From NCBI GenBank assembly GCA_964016885.1, contig OZ024740.1, positions 205,096,001 to 205,160,000 of the forward strand: a stretch of 64,000 nt of DNA, read 5' to 3'. The notes below the pieces were generated by a model. It saw only the letters and a program-made list of their open reading frames with translations, had not been told where the DNA came from and searched no databases. Within the stretch, counting starts at the first letter, position 1. Every line of letters begins with the position of its first letter. Positions 49,942 to 63,200 of this stretch are shown here, piece after piece. Source of the DNA: Eledone cirrhosa (Eukaryota). The translations under genes and the position numbers were made by a program.

Positions 49942-52809
49942 GTGGGAAATGACAATGGGCTGGGTGGGGTAGGGATCATGTTAGCAGAAAAATGGGTGGA
50001 TAAGATAATAGACGTAAATAGAGTGAATGACAGAATAATTAAAATAAGACTTGTTCTAAATAGAACTACTGTGACGGTAATATCTGCGTACGTGCCCCAA
50101 TCCGGACTGCCTGGCGCTATAAAAGACAGTTTCTATGAGACACTGATGCTCACTACCTCCCAAATAACCGTCAGTGACTATATAATTATTGCAGGCGACC
50201 TAAATGGTCACGTTGGACAACATTGTGACGGCTATGATGGAATCCACGGAGGCTACGGGTTTGGTACTAGAAATGAGGAAGGCTCCAGAATCCTGGAATT
50301 CTGTGACGCAAATAACCTAACTATCTGTAACACTAACTTAAAAAAACGAGACAATCACTTGATCACCTACAGATCAGGGGAACATACCAGCCAGGTAGAT
50401 TATATCCTTACCAGAAGACGTGACAGAGTGTCTGTTGTAAACACTAAATCCCTCCCCCATGAAGAATGCACCTCCCAACATAGACTCATAATTAGCGACC
50501 TCATAGTCAGGACGAGACGTACTCGACAGCAGAAGAGGACTATCCTCAGGAGAAAAATATGGAAGCTAAAGGACCCCACAGCCAGAAATAAATTTAAAAG
50601 CATATTACTTGATGCTTTCGACAGTAACGAAGAGCACTTACAGTCGTACAATATAGAGGAACAGTGGGAATTCCTGAAAGCAAACCTGCTGATGGCGGCA
50701 GACGAAGTCTGTGGGTGGAGCAGGCCTATAGGCAGGAGGAGAGTAACATGGTGGTGGAACAGTAAGGTGGAGGAGACAATTAAGGCCAAAAAGCAGGCTT
50801 GGAAAGTATGGCAGGATGGGGTAAGTAGAGAAGATTATCAAGTGGCCAGGAGGGAAGCTAGGAGACAAGTGTACTTCGCAAGAAGGGAAGCAGAGGAAAG
50901 AAAGTTCAAGCATGTTCTACAACGCGAGGACCCAAAACGTGAGGTGTTCAGGATTGCTAGGCAATGTGTCAAGGAAAACCGTGATATTGTCGGGGAGAAG
51001 TGTGTACTTAATGATGATGGTGTACTTGCCATCACTGACACTGATAAGAAGGTAGCCTGGAAGTGTCACTACGAAAGGCTACTAAATGAGGAGAATAAAT
51101 GGGAGAAAGACAGTCTCCTCCACATCGACCCAATAGAGGGACCAGCAGTGTTAGTCGAAGGTAGTATAATAAGTAAGGCAATTAAAGATATGAAGACGGG
51201 TAAGGCGGCTGGGCCTTCGGAAATAGTTGCTGAAATGCTGAAAGCTTCTGGAATGGTGGGACACACCATGGTCACCCGGATAGTAAACCAAGTCATACAG
51301 AATGGGGTTGTTCCGAAGGACTGGCGTAGCAGCATCATCATTAACTGCTACAAGGGTAAAGGAGATGCCCTAGATAGGAGTAACTATAGAGGCATTAAAT
51401 TAATCGACCAGGTCATGAAGGTCACAGAAAAAGTAATAGCGCAACTAATCAGAGAGAGAATTGATCTAGATGAAATGCAGTTTGGGTTTGTGTCAGGCAA
51501 AAGTACCACAGACGCTCTTTTCATTGTACGACAACTACAGGAGAAGTACCTAGCTAAAAGTAAACCCCTATACTTAGCTTTTGTCGACTTGGAGAAAGCC
51601 TTCGACAGAGTCCCCCGTTCCATTATCTGGTGGGCTCTTAGAAAACTAGGTGTTGACGAATGGCTTGTGAGAGCTATACACGCCATGTATAAAGTAACAG
51701 TCAGCAAGGTTAGAATTAACAACGAATATAGTGAAGAGTTTAGCGTAAAAGTTGGTGTTCATCAGGGCTCTGTTCTTAGCCCCCTACTATTTATTATTGC
51801 CCTTCAGGCTATAACAGTGGAGTTCAAGACCGGCTGCCCATGGGAACTCCTATACGCAGATGTTCTAACGCTCATAGCTGAATCAATGGCCGAACTAGAG
51901 AAGAAATTCCAAACATGGAAGCATGGACTAGAATCAAAAGGCCTTAAAATTAACCTGTCTAAGACTAAAGTTCTAGTTTGTAGGAAGGAAAATAGGGCGC
52001 CGGTCCCATCCGGGAAATGGCCATGCTCAGTGTGTAGGAAAGGAGTAGGTAGAAACTCCATTTTATGTCCCAAATGCAAAGTATGGGTGCATAAAAGATG
52101 TAGTGGGATCACAGGTAAGCTAACTAAGAACATAGATTTTATATGTGGCCGGTGCTCTGGTGCAATAAGTAGCAGCAAGTGCCCACAGAATACTAGCTCT
52201 TTCAATTGCACAGATGGTTCTATAGATATAGTGGACAGCTTCCGTTACCTGGGTGACAAAATCAGCAGTGGGGGAGGGTGCTCTGAAAGTACAGTAGCTA
52301 GAGTCAGAACTGGATGGAAAAAGTTCAGAGAGCTTATACCACTATTAGCCGCTAAAGGGTTCTCCCTAAAAATGAAAGGGAGGTTGTATGATGCCTGCAT
52401 ACGAACAGCAATGTTGCATGGCAGTGAGACCTGGGCATTGTGTGCAGAGGATATACGCAGACTGGAGAGAAACGAAGCTTGCATGCTCCACTGGATGTGT
52501 AATAGTAATATACGTGAACGGCAAAGCATAAACGAACTAAGGGAAAAATTAGAAATAAGAGGGATCAGATGTTGTTTACTCAAGAGAAGACTACGTTGGT
52601 ATGGTCACGTGATGCGCATGAAAGACAACAGCTGTATAAAAAAGTGCAGGGCAATAAAAATAGACGGTAGCCACAGAGTAGGCAGACCCAGAAAAACCTG
52701 GGACGAGTTGATAAATTCCGACCTCACACACTTACACCTCTCCAAGACGATGTCACTGGACCGAGTTCTTTGGCGCTACACAGTAATAGAGAAGACACGC
52801 CTTACCTAA
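49942..52809 (+). pseudogene. RTE-A APE-RT ORF with YADD to YADV change
   Basis: ELLYADVLTL in the 955-aa ORF. Confidence 0.88.
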
Positions 52810-53334
52810 ATACAAAGTAAAACCTACTACAGTCAGTAGGCACCTCTAACAAAATACACCCTCGTCCCACTACCCCCACCCCATCCACACCACCCCTTTC
52901 AATATAAAGTTATGTTGGTACCACAACATCCAGGCCGAAACAAATGAGGTCGTGTAGGTGTCATGACAAAAAAACACACCGTTGACGCTGTAATGTGGGC
53001 GTGTAGGTAACACGGTAAAAACCTCCCAGTTCCACACTGTAAATGTGGTAGGAAGGGCATCCAGCTGTAGAAAACCCGCCAGACAGTCCTATGCGAGCAA
53101 GACAACCACTCTTGCCTCAAGTGGGAAAACTCCCGTCCAAACCCATGCAAGCATGGAATATGGATGTTAAACAATGATTATATATATATATAATATATAT
53201 ATATATATTATATATATACATATTATATATATATATTATATATATATACATATATATATTATATATATATATATTATACATATATATATTATACATATAT
53301 ATTATATATATATATATATATTATATATATATAT

Positions 53335-53668
53335 GGAGGCTCATGGCTTAGTGGTTAGAGCATTGGCCTTGCAATCGAAAGGTTGTGAGTTCAATTCTCA
53401 GACCGGGTGATGTGTTGTTTCCTTGAGCAAGACACTTTATTTCACATTGCTCCAGTTTACTCAGCTGTAGAAATGAGATGATAGGGACTAGAGTCCATAT
53501 CATTCCACTGCAAAGTGGTCGTGGAGGTGCCACGGCAAAAAAGCACCCAGCACTCACTGTAAATGAGGTTGGTGTTAGGAAGGGCATCCAGCTGTAGAAA
53601 CCAAGCCAGCATCAGTTCCCGTCCCACCCTTGCAAGCAGGGAAAAGTGGACGTAAAATGAAATGATGA
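53335..53668 (+). mobile_element. Complete tRNA/CORE-like SINE with chimeric LINE tail
   Basis: A and B boxes, CORE-like ccttgagcaagacactt, an RTE-B UTR segment, then the RTE-C terminal hairpin. Confidence 0.9.
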
Positions 53669-53689
53669 TATATATATATTATATATATT

Positions 53690-55312
53690 TCTTCACGGTA
53701 TATCATGTAAACGTAATGTACACATTTTTCTACCATTTCCACACTCCACTCGTATCCATAGTCCATCCCTCCGACAATTCTATAGCATTTTCTCTTCCCC
53801 GAATCCAATCTTGCCTAATCCTCCTGTAGTTTTGTCGTATTTTCCAAAACAAATCTGTATTTTTTGTTATTGCTTGCTAAATACGAGGTTTTTGTCGTAT
53901 TATACAAATCTTGTATTTTTGTTATCGCTTGTTAAATACGAGGACCTTATCCAAACCTTACCTTCTCGCTAACAACTCAACACCCCTCCCTCCCGCACCA
54001 CCATTATTATTACGTGGACCAATCATAAGCCAGAGGCCTATACTATCGTTTACCTGGTTGCCTTTAATATGATGGATGGATGGACTACCGAATTCTGGAG
54101 AGTGGAAGAGAGAAATATCTGGACGCTCAGCGACAATGCCAAAGATAAAGACAAATTCACCTCGTGGATGAGAATGCGAGCACTCCTCTTTGTTTCGGCC
54201 GCGGATGGCTAACATAACCCCATCTCCCCCCACTCCCCACCGCTCCCACCCTCCAAACGCAATCCAAAACTTCAGAGTTGGTACCATGAATGTAGGCACC
54301 TTAAAGGGTCGCTCTAACGAGGTTGTAGAAATGCTCGAACGTAAGGAGGTCGATGTTTATTGTATTCAAGAGACCAGGTGGAGGGGTGGGTCTGCTAGAT
54401 TCATTGAGGGTAAAAAACGATGCTATAAGCTTTTCTGGGTGGGAAATGACGATGGGCTGGGTGGAGTAGGAATCATGGTAGCAGAAAAGTGGGCAGATAA
54501 GATAATAGACGTAAATAGAGTGAACGACAGAATAATTAAAATAAGACTTGTCCTCAATAGAACTACGGTGACAGTAATATCTGCGTACGCACCCCAATCC
54601 GGACTGCCCGGCACTATAAAAGACAGATTCTATGAGACACTGATGCTCACTACCTCCCAAATAACCGACAGTGACTATATAATTATTGCAGGCGACCTAA
54701 ATGGTCACGTTGGACAACATTGTGACGGCTACGATGAAATCCATGGAGGCTATGGGTTTGGTACTAGAAATGAGGAAGGCTCCAGAATCCTGGAATTCTG
54801 TGACGCAAGTAACCTAACTATCTGTAACACTAACTTCAAAAAACGTGACAATCACCTGATCACCTATAGATCGGGGGAACACACAAGCCAGGTAGATTAT
54901 ATCCTTACCAGAAGACATGACAGAGTGTCTGTTGTAAATCCCTCCCCCATGAAGAATGCACCCAACATAGACTCATAATTAGCGACCTAATAGTCAGGAC
55001 GAGACGTACTCGACAGCAGAAGAGGACTATCCTCAGGAGAAAAATATGGAAGCTAAAGGACCCCAAACCAGAAATAAATTTAAAAGCATACTACTTGATG
55101 CTTTTGACAGTAAGGAAGAGCAATTAGAGTCGTACAATATAGAGGAGCAGTTAGGAAGGTGTTAGGAAGGGCATCCAACTGTAGAAAACCTGCCAGACAG
55201 TCCTATGCGAGCAAGACAATCACTCTTGCCTCAAGTGGGAAAACCCCCGTCCAAACCCATGCAAGCGTGGAACACGGACGTTAAACGTTGATGATGATGA
55301 TGATGATGATGA
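53690..55312 (+). mobile_element. Internally deleted RTE-A (leader + APE joined to 3' tip)
   Basis: ORF 54190-54978 (APE); at ~55151 the sequence jumps to the last ~160 nt of the 3' UTR and (gat)n. Confidence 0.88.
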
Positions 55313-55419
55313 TATATTATATATATTATATTATATATATATTATATATATATATATTATATTATATATATATTATATATATATATATAATATGTATATA
55401 TAATATATATATATATATA

Positions 55420-56097
55420 TTATCACTTTTGAGCTGACTTTTGGGATGCTCCCATACAGCTCTGAGTTTTTCATCCTCAGTGTATACTGATTAATGTTCA
55501 GAGCCATCCTCAGCATTCTCGTGTAGCACCCATCCACCATCTGAGTGAGTTTCTTGGTCAGTGTCCAAGTCTCAGACCCATACAGCAGCACAGACTCCAC
55601 AACAGCAATGAAGAGGCGGACTTTCAGGTCTCTACGAAGGTCCGACTTCCACACCGATCTCAAGCTGTGGCACGCCGCCCAGGCCTTGCTCTTCCTCTCA
55701 ACCACATCATCTTCCGTATTCCCAATCTTTGCTCCCAAATACAGGAAGTCCTCAACCAATTCCAGCGGCTTCCCGCCTACATTAGTGATCCCCTCTGGCT
55801 TCTCAACATTCTCTACCAGATATTTTGTTTTGTTTTAGAGGAGACTGAGGTTAGCTGGACATGCTCACCGACATCCAGAGTTGACATTGCACTCAGTGCT
55901 CCTTTGAGAGCCCCTACATGGACACACTAGAAGAGGAAGACCAAGGTTAACGTATGTTGATGCCCTAAGGACAGACACTGGTCTGTTGGAGACGCAGGAC
56001 ATGAGGACATGGCAGCGATAATGAGGGACAGAGACCGCTGGAGAGAACTCATCCATGGATCTCGGGAATTTTACCCGCCTTAGATAGATAGATAGAT
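55420..56097 (+). mobile_element. RTE family D fragment with 5' inversion
   Basis: Minus ~55420-55830: KTKYL...VEDFLYLG...LLYGSETW...PKVSSKVI. Plus ~55837-56080: RRLRLAGH...RGRPRLTY. (taga)n tail. Confidence 0.85.
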
Positions 56098-56234
56098 ATA
56101 TATTATATATATATATATATATATATTATATTATATATATATATATATTATATTATATATATATATATATTATATTATATATATATATATTATATTATAT
56201 TATATATATATATATATATACATATTTTTTTTTT

Positions 56235-56750
56235 ATAAAAAACTGCGATAATATTGCTTTTTGCTGAACTCCTTATTGTAGAGGTTTTTTTTCGGAATGT
56301 TTTTTGACTGTTGTTTCTTGTAAACAAACATTCGTCTCATTCTGACGTCACCAGCCCTGTCTTTCCACATGTGCGTTTTATTTTTCATAATCACGCATGA
56401 TGGTGAACTAGCCTGTTTTTAAATCACCTTTTTGGCATATTAATCTGTGAGAATCTTGGTTATCGAGTTGAGCTCTGCTGAGGATCGAATTCCAACCGTG
56501 ACCATCTCCACTGAAAGTCTTCGTGAAATAGTCTTTAAGACTATACAGAGCATTTGAAGTTTTTCCAAATTGAAGGATGAGTATTTTAAACTTTATTTTA
56601 TCATGAGTTAAGACTCTATTGATTTTTCCCTGGATTTCACTAAATTCTGTGGATGAATCTATATCCTGATTCTCTTTGAGATGAGTTTGAATTATTTTTC
56701 CCACATCTTACGTTAACTATTTTTCCCATTTTGACGCTATAGTTTCATTT
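56235..56750 (+). mobile_element. Diverged HH3 copy; hammerhead at 56472-56551
   Basis: gctctg CUGAGGA tcgaa...ttcgt GAAA tagtct-tta-agacta UA cagagc. Confidence 0.8.
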
Positions 56751-57226
56751 ATATATATATTATATATATATATATATCTATTATATATATATATAAATAT
56801 ATATATATATATTATATATATTATATATATATATATATTATATATATATGTTATATATATATATATTATATATATATATATATTATATATATTATACATA
56901 TATATATTATACATATATATATATTATATATATTATACATATATATATTATACCTATATATATTATACATATATATTATATATATATATATTATACATAT
57001 ATATATTATACATATATATATATATTATATATATATATATTATACATATATATATATTATATATATATATATATATATTATACATATATATTATACATAT
57101 ATATATATATATTATATATATATATATATATATACGATATCGTATATCTACTCCAAAAATTTGTCGAGTGCTTTATATCAGTTATAAAAATATTTACTTG
57201 TTGTATCCCAACAATTTTATATACAT

Positions 57227-57257
<31 letters not shown>

Positions 57258-57373
57258 CATATATATATATATTATATATATATATATATTATATATATAT
57301 ATATAATACATATATATATATATATTATATACATATATATATATATATTATACATATATATATATATCATATA

Positions 57374-57911
57374 TCATCATCATCATCATCATCATCGTTT
57401 AACGTCCATGTTCCACGCTTGCATGGGTTTGGACGGGAGTTTTCCCACTTGAGGCAAGAGTGGTTGTCTTGCTCGCATAGGACTGTCTGGCGTGTTTTCT
57501 ACAGCTGGATGCCCTTCCTAACACCAACCACATTTACAGTGTGGGACTGGGAGGTTTTTACCGTGTTACCTACACGGCCACATTACAGCGTGGACTGTGT
57601 GTTTTTTTGTCGTGACACCTACACAATCTCATTTGTTTCGGCCTGGATGTTGTGGCACCAATGTAACTTTACATTGAAAGGGGCGGTGTGGATGGGGTGG
57701 GGGGGGGGGGGGGTGACGTGACGGGGGCATATTTTGTTAGAGATGCCTACTGACTGTAGTAGATTTACTTTGTATTTAGGCAAGGTGGGTCTTCTCTATT
57801 ACTGAGTACCGCCAAAGATCTCGGTCCAGTGACATTGTCTTGGGGAGGTGTAAGTGTGTGAGGTTGGAATTTATCAGGTCGTCCCAGGTTTTTCTGGGTT
57901 TGCCTACTCCT
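57374..57911 (-). mobile_element. RTE-A 3' fragment
   Basis: Matches the RTE-A C-terminus and UTR; (gat)n tail. Confidence 0.9.
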
Positions 57912-57952
57912 TATACATATATATATATTATATACATATATATATTATATAC

Positions 57953-57997
<45 letters not shown>

Positions 57998-58127
57998 ATA
58001 TTATATATATATATATTATATATATATTATATATATATATATTATATATATATTATATATATATATATTATATATATATATATTATATATATATTATATA
58101 TATATTATATATATATTATATATATAT

Positions 58128-58162
<35 letters not shown>

Positions 58163-58176
58163 ATATATATATTATA

Positions 58177-58222
<46 letters not shown>

Positions 58223-58259
58223 ATATATATATTATATATATATATATATATTATATATA

Positions 58260-58302
<43 letters not shown>

Positions 58303-58385
58303 ATATATAATATAATATAATATATATATAATATAATATATATAATATAATATATATATATATATATAATACATATATATATATA

Positions 58386-58659
58386 TCATCATCATCATCA
58401 TCATCAACGTTTAACGTCCGTGTTCCACGCTTGCATGGGTTTGGACGGGGGTAGTCCCACTTGAGGCAAGAGTGATTGTCTTGCTCGCATAGGACTGTCT
58501 GGCAGGTTTTCTACAGTTGGATGCCCTTCCTAACACCAACCACATTTACAGTGTGGGTCTGGGAGGTTTTTACCGTGTTGCCTACACGGCCACATTACAG
58601 CGTGGACTGTGTGTTTTTTTGTCGTGACACCTACACGATCTCATTTGTTTCGGCCTGGA
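58386..58659 (-). mobile_element. RTE-A 3' UTR fragment
   Basis: Matches ~5722-5992. Confidence 0.9.
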
Positions 58660-58828
58660 ATATATATATATATAATATAGATTTTGAGTATATGTTGGTT
58701 GTATATGAACACCTCAGTATGCAGGGTGGAGCACTCGACGAAGTGCGCAGGTTGGTTTGGTTACTCCGGAGTAATGTAAAATAAAGTTAAATAGAAAGTT
58801 AAATGTTTAAAATTTAGCTTCGTTTATT

Positions 58829-58883
58829 ACTGCTATATATATTTCAGTGACAGCCATCTTTGGCTGTGACCTCTTCAGGCAGT
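58829..58883 (-). ncRNA. Type I hammerhead (HH10) in a non-coding element ~58680-58995
   Basis: Minus strand: actgc CUGAAGA ggtcacagcca-aaga-tggctgtcact GAAA tatata UA gcagt. Confidence 0.8.
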
Positions 58884-58999
58884 CCGAATTAGTGTGGTAT
58901 AGACAAGTACATATGTTGTTGAGGTGTATAATTTTGTCAATACTCTGATATGCCCAGTTCCTGGTTGGGTTGTTATTTCACTGAGGAACTGGAATGATA

Positions 59000-59385
59000 T
59001 GAAATTTCATTTCCCACTCTTAGTACGGCTGTTACTTAAATATAAGTAATATACGTTCAACAATCTGGCAGGAAGGTATACGTTGCTGACGATAGCTAAT
59101 AAGCTTGAAACTAGTACAGCGTTCCTTCGTCAGTGTTGAACCAGCAACGATGGTTGCTGGACACTACGGCTTAATACGGGATGTTTGTTTACAAACACAC
59201 TGAGCATTGTAATAGATGTTCGGTGAATCCATACGTACATATATATATGTGTGCATGTATGCATGTATGTATATATATACACATACTACTGTACGTCTGT
59301 ATACATATATGTATGTACGTGTACATACTTATATTTAAGTAACAGCCGTACTAAGAGTGGGAAATGAAATTTTGTTTCATTTTTT
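59000..59385 (+). mobile_element. HH1 copy with inverted 5' tag; hammerhead at 59080-59122
   Basis: acgttg CUGACGA tagct-aata-agctt GAAA ctag UA cagcgt; ~59005-59048 is the reverse complement of ~59325-59370. Confidence 0.78.
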
Positions 59386-59400
59386 CCATATATATTATAT

Positions 59401-59432
<32 letters not shown>

Positions 59433-59442
59433 ATATATATGG

Positions 59443-59682
59443 AAAAAAGAAAAACAAACACAGACATACATATATGTGTTCAAATCGTAAGGGACCAGAT
59501 TCGCTAAGGTGAAGAGAATACTAACTATAGACAATAGGGTTGTATTTATTTTCTTGATTTATTCTTAAATTGAGTCTGGCAAACCCTATTGTCTATAGTT
59601 AGTATTTTCTTCACCTTAGCGAATCTGGTCCCTTACGATTTGAACACATATATGTATATGTCTGTGTTCGTTTTTCTTTTTT
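59443..59682. repeat. Fold-back with ~97-bp arms
   Basis: 59443-59540 is the near-perfect reverse complement of 59582-59682. Confidence 0.85.
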
Positions 59683-59811
59683 GTTCAGTTATATTATACG
59701 GCTCGGAAAAATCTCTTTGCTAGAGCTAATTCATTGTAAGAGACTATTTTGAGTTTCTAACTCAATATATGCCTTTGATACATTATATATATATATATTT
59801 AATATAGAAAG

Positions 59812-59860
59812 GCTTCTACAGGACTAGAACTGTTTCATTCGGGAGAATTCATCAGGAAGC
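59812..59860 (-). ncRNA. Compact canonical type I hammerhead (HH11) in a fold-back ~59795-59917
   Basis: Minus strand: gcttc CUGAUGA attc-tccc-gaat GAAA cag-ttctagtc-ctg UA gaagc; partial plus-strand copy at 59863-59899. Confidence 0.85.
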
Positions 59861-60248
59861 CCATTCTCCCGAATGAAACAGTTCTAATCCTGTAGAAGCC
59901 ATTTCTATATTAAATATTCATTGCTCCAGTTTATTCAGCTATAGAAATGGGTTGACATCACTGGTGCCAAGCTGTATATACCTTTGCTTGTCCCTTGAAC
60001 AACATTGGTGGTGTGGAGAGGGAACACAGGTATGATGATGATGATGATAATGATGATGACTGCTTCGTATTGAGTACCTTACTTGCTGTGGTTACCACTG
60101 ATTGAACCCGGGATAAACTTTTTTATATATACAGTCGAGTCCACTTAAGAATATAGCATAATCAATTCCAGAATTTATGTACTATGTTTTGTACAGTGCA
60201 TGGGTCCATTTAAGAGTATATCGGATGAGAGTATAGTTCGCATAAGAG

Positions 60249-60249
<1 letters not shown>

Positions 60250-60283
<34 letters not shown>

Positions 60284-63200
60284 AATGTTGTGTACAGTGC
60301 TCAGGTGCACTACAACTCATCAAAAAGTGTATGTATAGTACATAGGGTAATGTACAAACGTCAGGAAAATGAACAGTGCATGAGTCATGATATACACGTG
60401 TGCATGTGTATGGAAGGGGTACATCAGGTGTAGTTTTGGCGAATTTCGGGAAGCATGAGGGTTTTAAAGGATGCAGTGTCTCGGCAGCTAACAACTGACG
60501 CAGGCAGTTTGTTCCATGCTTCAGCAACTCTGAGCGTGAAAAATGTTTACGAAAGTCATGGGAGCTGTGCTGTTTTCTGATTTTGTAGGCATGTCCACGT
60601 GTGTTAGACACATGGAGATCAAAAAGGTGCTCAGGGTTGTTGTTGGCGAGATGGTTAATAACTTTGTGGGTATTTACCAAGTCCATTGCCAAACGTCGGA
60701 GCTTCAATGAATCTATGCCCAGGGAAGCAAGGCGTTCAGAGTATGGTAGGTGTCTGATGGAGGGTATGCGCTTGGTTGCACGTCTCTGAACAGTTTCCAG
60801 GCGGTCAATGTTCTGAGCAAGATAGGGGTTCCAGACTGATGATGCGAATTCCAAGTGTGGTCGTACCATAGCTGTATACAGTTTTAAATAGATGGCTGGA
60901 GAGCGGCTAACAAAGGTCTTGCTGAGTGATGCCAAGACACCCTCAGCCTTCTTGACAATTTCAGAGACGTGCTTTGTCCAACGCAAATCGTTGCTGACAG
61001 TAATGCCCAGGTCATGTTCACAAGAGGACTTCTTGATATCAGTGTTGTGGAGGGAGTATGTAGACGCTGGATTTTTCCTCCCAAAATGCATGGTGGTACA
61101 CTTGTCCACAGCCAGCTTCAGTTGCCAGTCTGTGATCCATTGCTGCATTGTGTCCAGGTCTGATTGTAGGAAAGAGTTGTAGATTTCAGGAGCAGTGCTT
61201 TTGATTTCAAGGTACAGCTTGATGTCATCTGCATATTTCAGTACCGTGGCATTCTGTAAGTTGGCATCTATGTCATTAATATATGCCACAAACAAAAGGG
61301 GACCAAGAACAGATCCCTGTGGTACACCAGATGACATCTCATATGGTGAAGAATGCTGTCCTAGAACCGTGACTACCTCTTTTCGGCTGAGAATGAAGGA
61401 TTTCAACCAGTCGAAAAGATCATCCCTCACACCCATTGCAGAGAGTTTTGCCATAAGTCTTTTGTGTGGCACAGAATTAAAAGCCTTAGCAAAGTCAAGG
61501 TAAACAACATCCACCCATGAGCCGCTGTCAGTGATCCGAGTAGAACTTGATAAGCTGATCACAGCAGCTGGAGTTAGGGATAAATCCAAACTGCGAGGGC
61601 CGGATGAGGCTGTGAGAGCTCCAGAAGTTCCAAAGTGTTTCTCTGACACAGGATTCCATCAGTTTGGCCATACAGCTAGTAAGACTGACTGGACGATAGT
61701 TGACAGGTGACATGCGGTTGCCCTTTTTGAACAGGGGAATGACACTGGCAGTTTTCCACTGCTCCGGAGTAGCACCATTGTTGAGAGAAGAAAGAAGAAA
61801 GAAAGCTGGCGCAAAAGGAAATACCTGCCACGTTTGAGAAGCAGGTATGTAACACCATCAAGACCAGGGGAGGCATAGTTACGCTTATTCTTAAGGTGAC
61901 GTCGCAACATTGCAGGTGTAAATTCCATAGTTGTTAGGGAATTTGATGTTAGAGATGGTGGAGATGGTACATTCTGGTTTTCGACAGTAAAAATACTTGC
62001 ATAGCACTCAGCAATGAGTTCTGCGCATTCTTTGGGATCGTCAGTGATCTGGCTTGTGTGGGGATTGCGAAGAGGACCAACTGGAGAGTGAGGTCTCTGC
62101 TTTGAATGAACATATTTCCAGAACACCTTACTGTCAGGATTGGTTGCTATGCACTGTTCAAATTCAAGCACTGCCTTCTTTGTCACTTGCTTGAGATGGT
62201 TAGAAGATTTATTCCGCTTTTTTCTGTTGGCATCTGATTTATGCAGTTTATATTCCCGTACAGCGTTCCGACGTTCTTTCCTGGCAAGTCGGATTGCTGA
62301 AGTTTCCCAAATTGCACTTTTTGGGTGTTTTTTTTTCTGCTTACGTGGCACCGATGCTGCACACGCTATCCATATTGAGTCCAGGATGCTCTGGAGTATA
62401 GTGTTCACATCTCCAGAGTTATACATCTCATGCCAGTTTGGGCGCTGTAGTTCAATGCCAATCTGCTTTCTTCCAATCAAAGCAAGCAGATTGGAGATGG
62501 CTCTGGTTTTTGTTGCTGCCCGCAAGAGCCAGATTGGCAATGATCATAGCATGATCAGGGTCGCCTAGAGGTTCCTCAGTAGTAGAACTGATAACCACTT
62601 CAGGTGTAGTGGTGAAGATCAGGTCCAAAGTGTTGTCACCTCTTGTTGGAGAGGTAACCACTTGTGACCAGTTTGAGTTCAGCACTAGTTCAAGGAAATC
62701 GTTTGCACCTTGTGGCCAACGAAAGGTTTCCCAATCGATCTCAGGATGATTGAAGTCACCTGCAATAAACACATAAGTGGCTGTTTTCTTGGCAGCAACT
62801 CTGAGGATATCGCAAAGCTGTGTGTCCTGATGGTAGTTTGGGGGGGGGGGGATAAACAACACCAAGCAGAAGTGTTGACATGATCATACGTATGTCACAA
62901 AAAAAAACTTCTTGTGATTCGTTCAAATCAACGCAAGGAATTACCGAAAAGTTTGAACGAACGTAGACCATCACACCACCACCACGGCGATTAATGCGGT
63001 CCTTGCGGAAAAGGTTGTACCCAGTAATGCTGAAAACCCCATTACAGAGTAAGGAATGTGCCCATGTTTCCGTGACTGTGATGAAGTCAGGGTCGACGCT
63101 TCTGACGTAGGAATCAAACAGATGTATCTTGTTGCATAAACTGCGAGCATTTAAGGACAACAATTTGTACCCTGCTTGCAGTTTATGATGGTGTGTAGAG

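Larger units (their letters stand above)
48942..53178 (+). mobile_element. Near full-length RTE-A LINE, inactivated
   Basis: ORFs 49534-49917 and 49942-52809 share one frame and are split by homopolymer indels; the catalytic YADD reads YADV. Confidence 0.94.

Noticed and set aside
56408-56704. 98-aa minus-strand ORF in the HH3 copy
   Set aside because: The frame is broken in both copies at 19545-20722; it is antisense to the hammerhead unit
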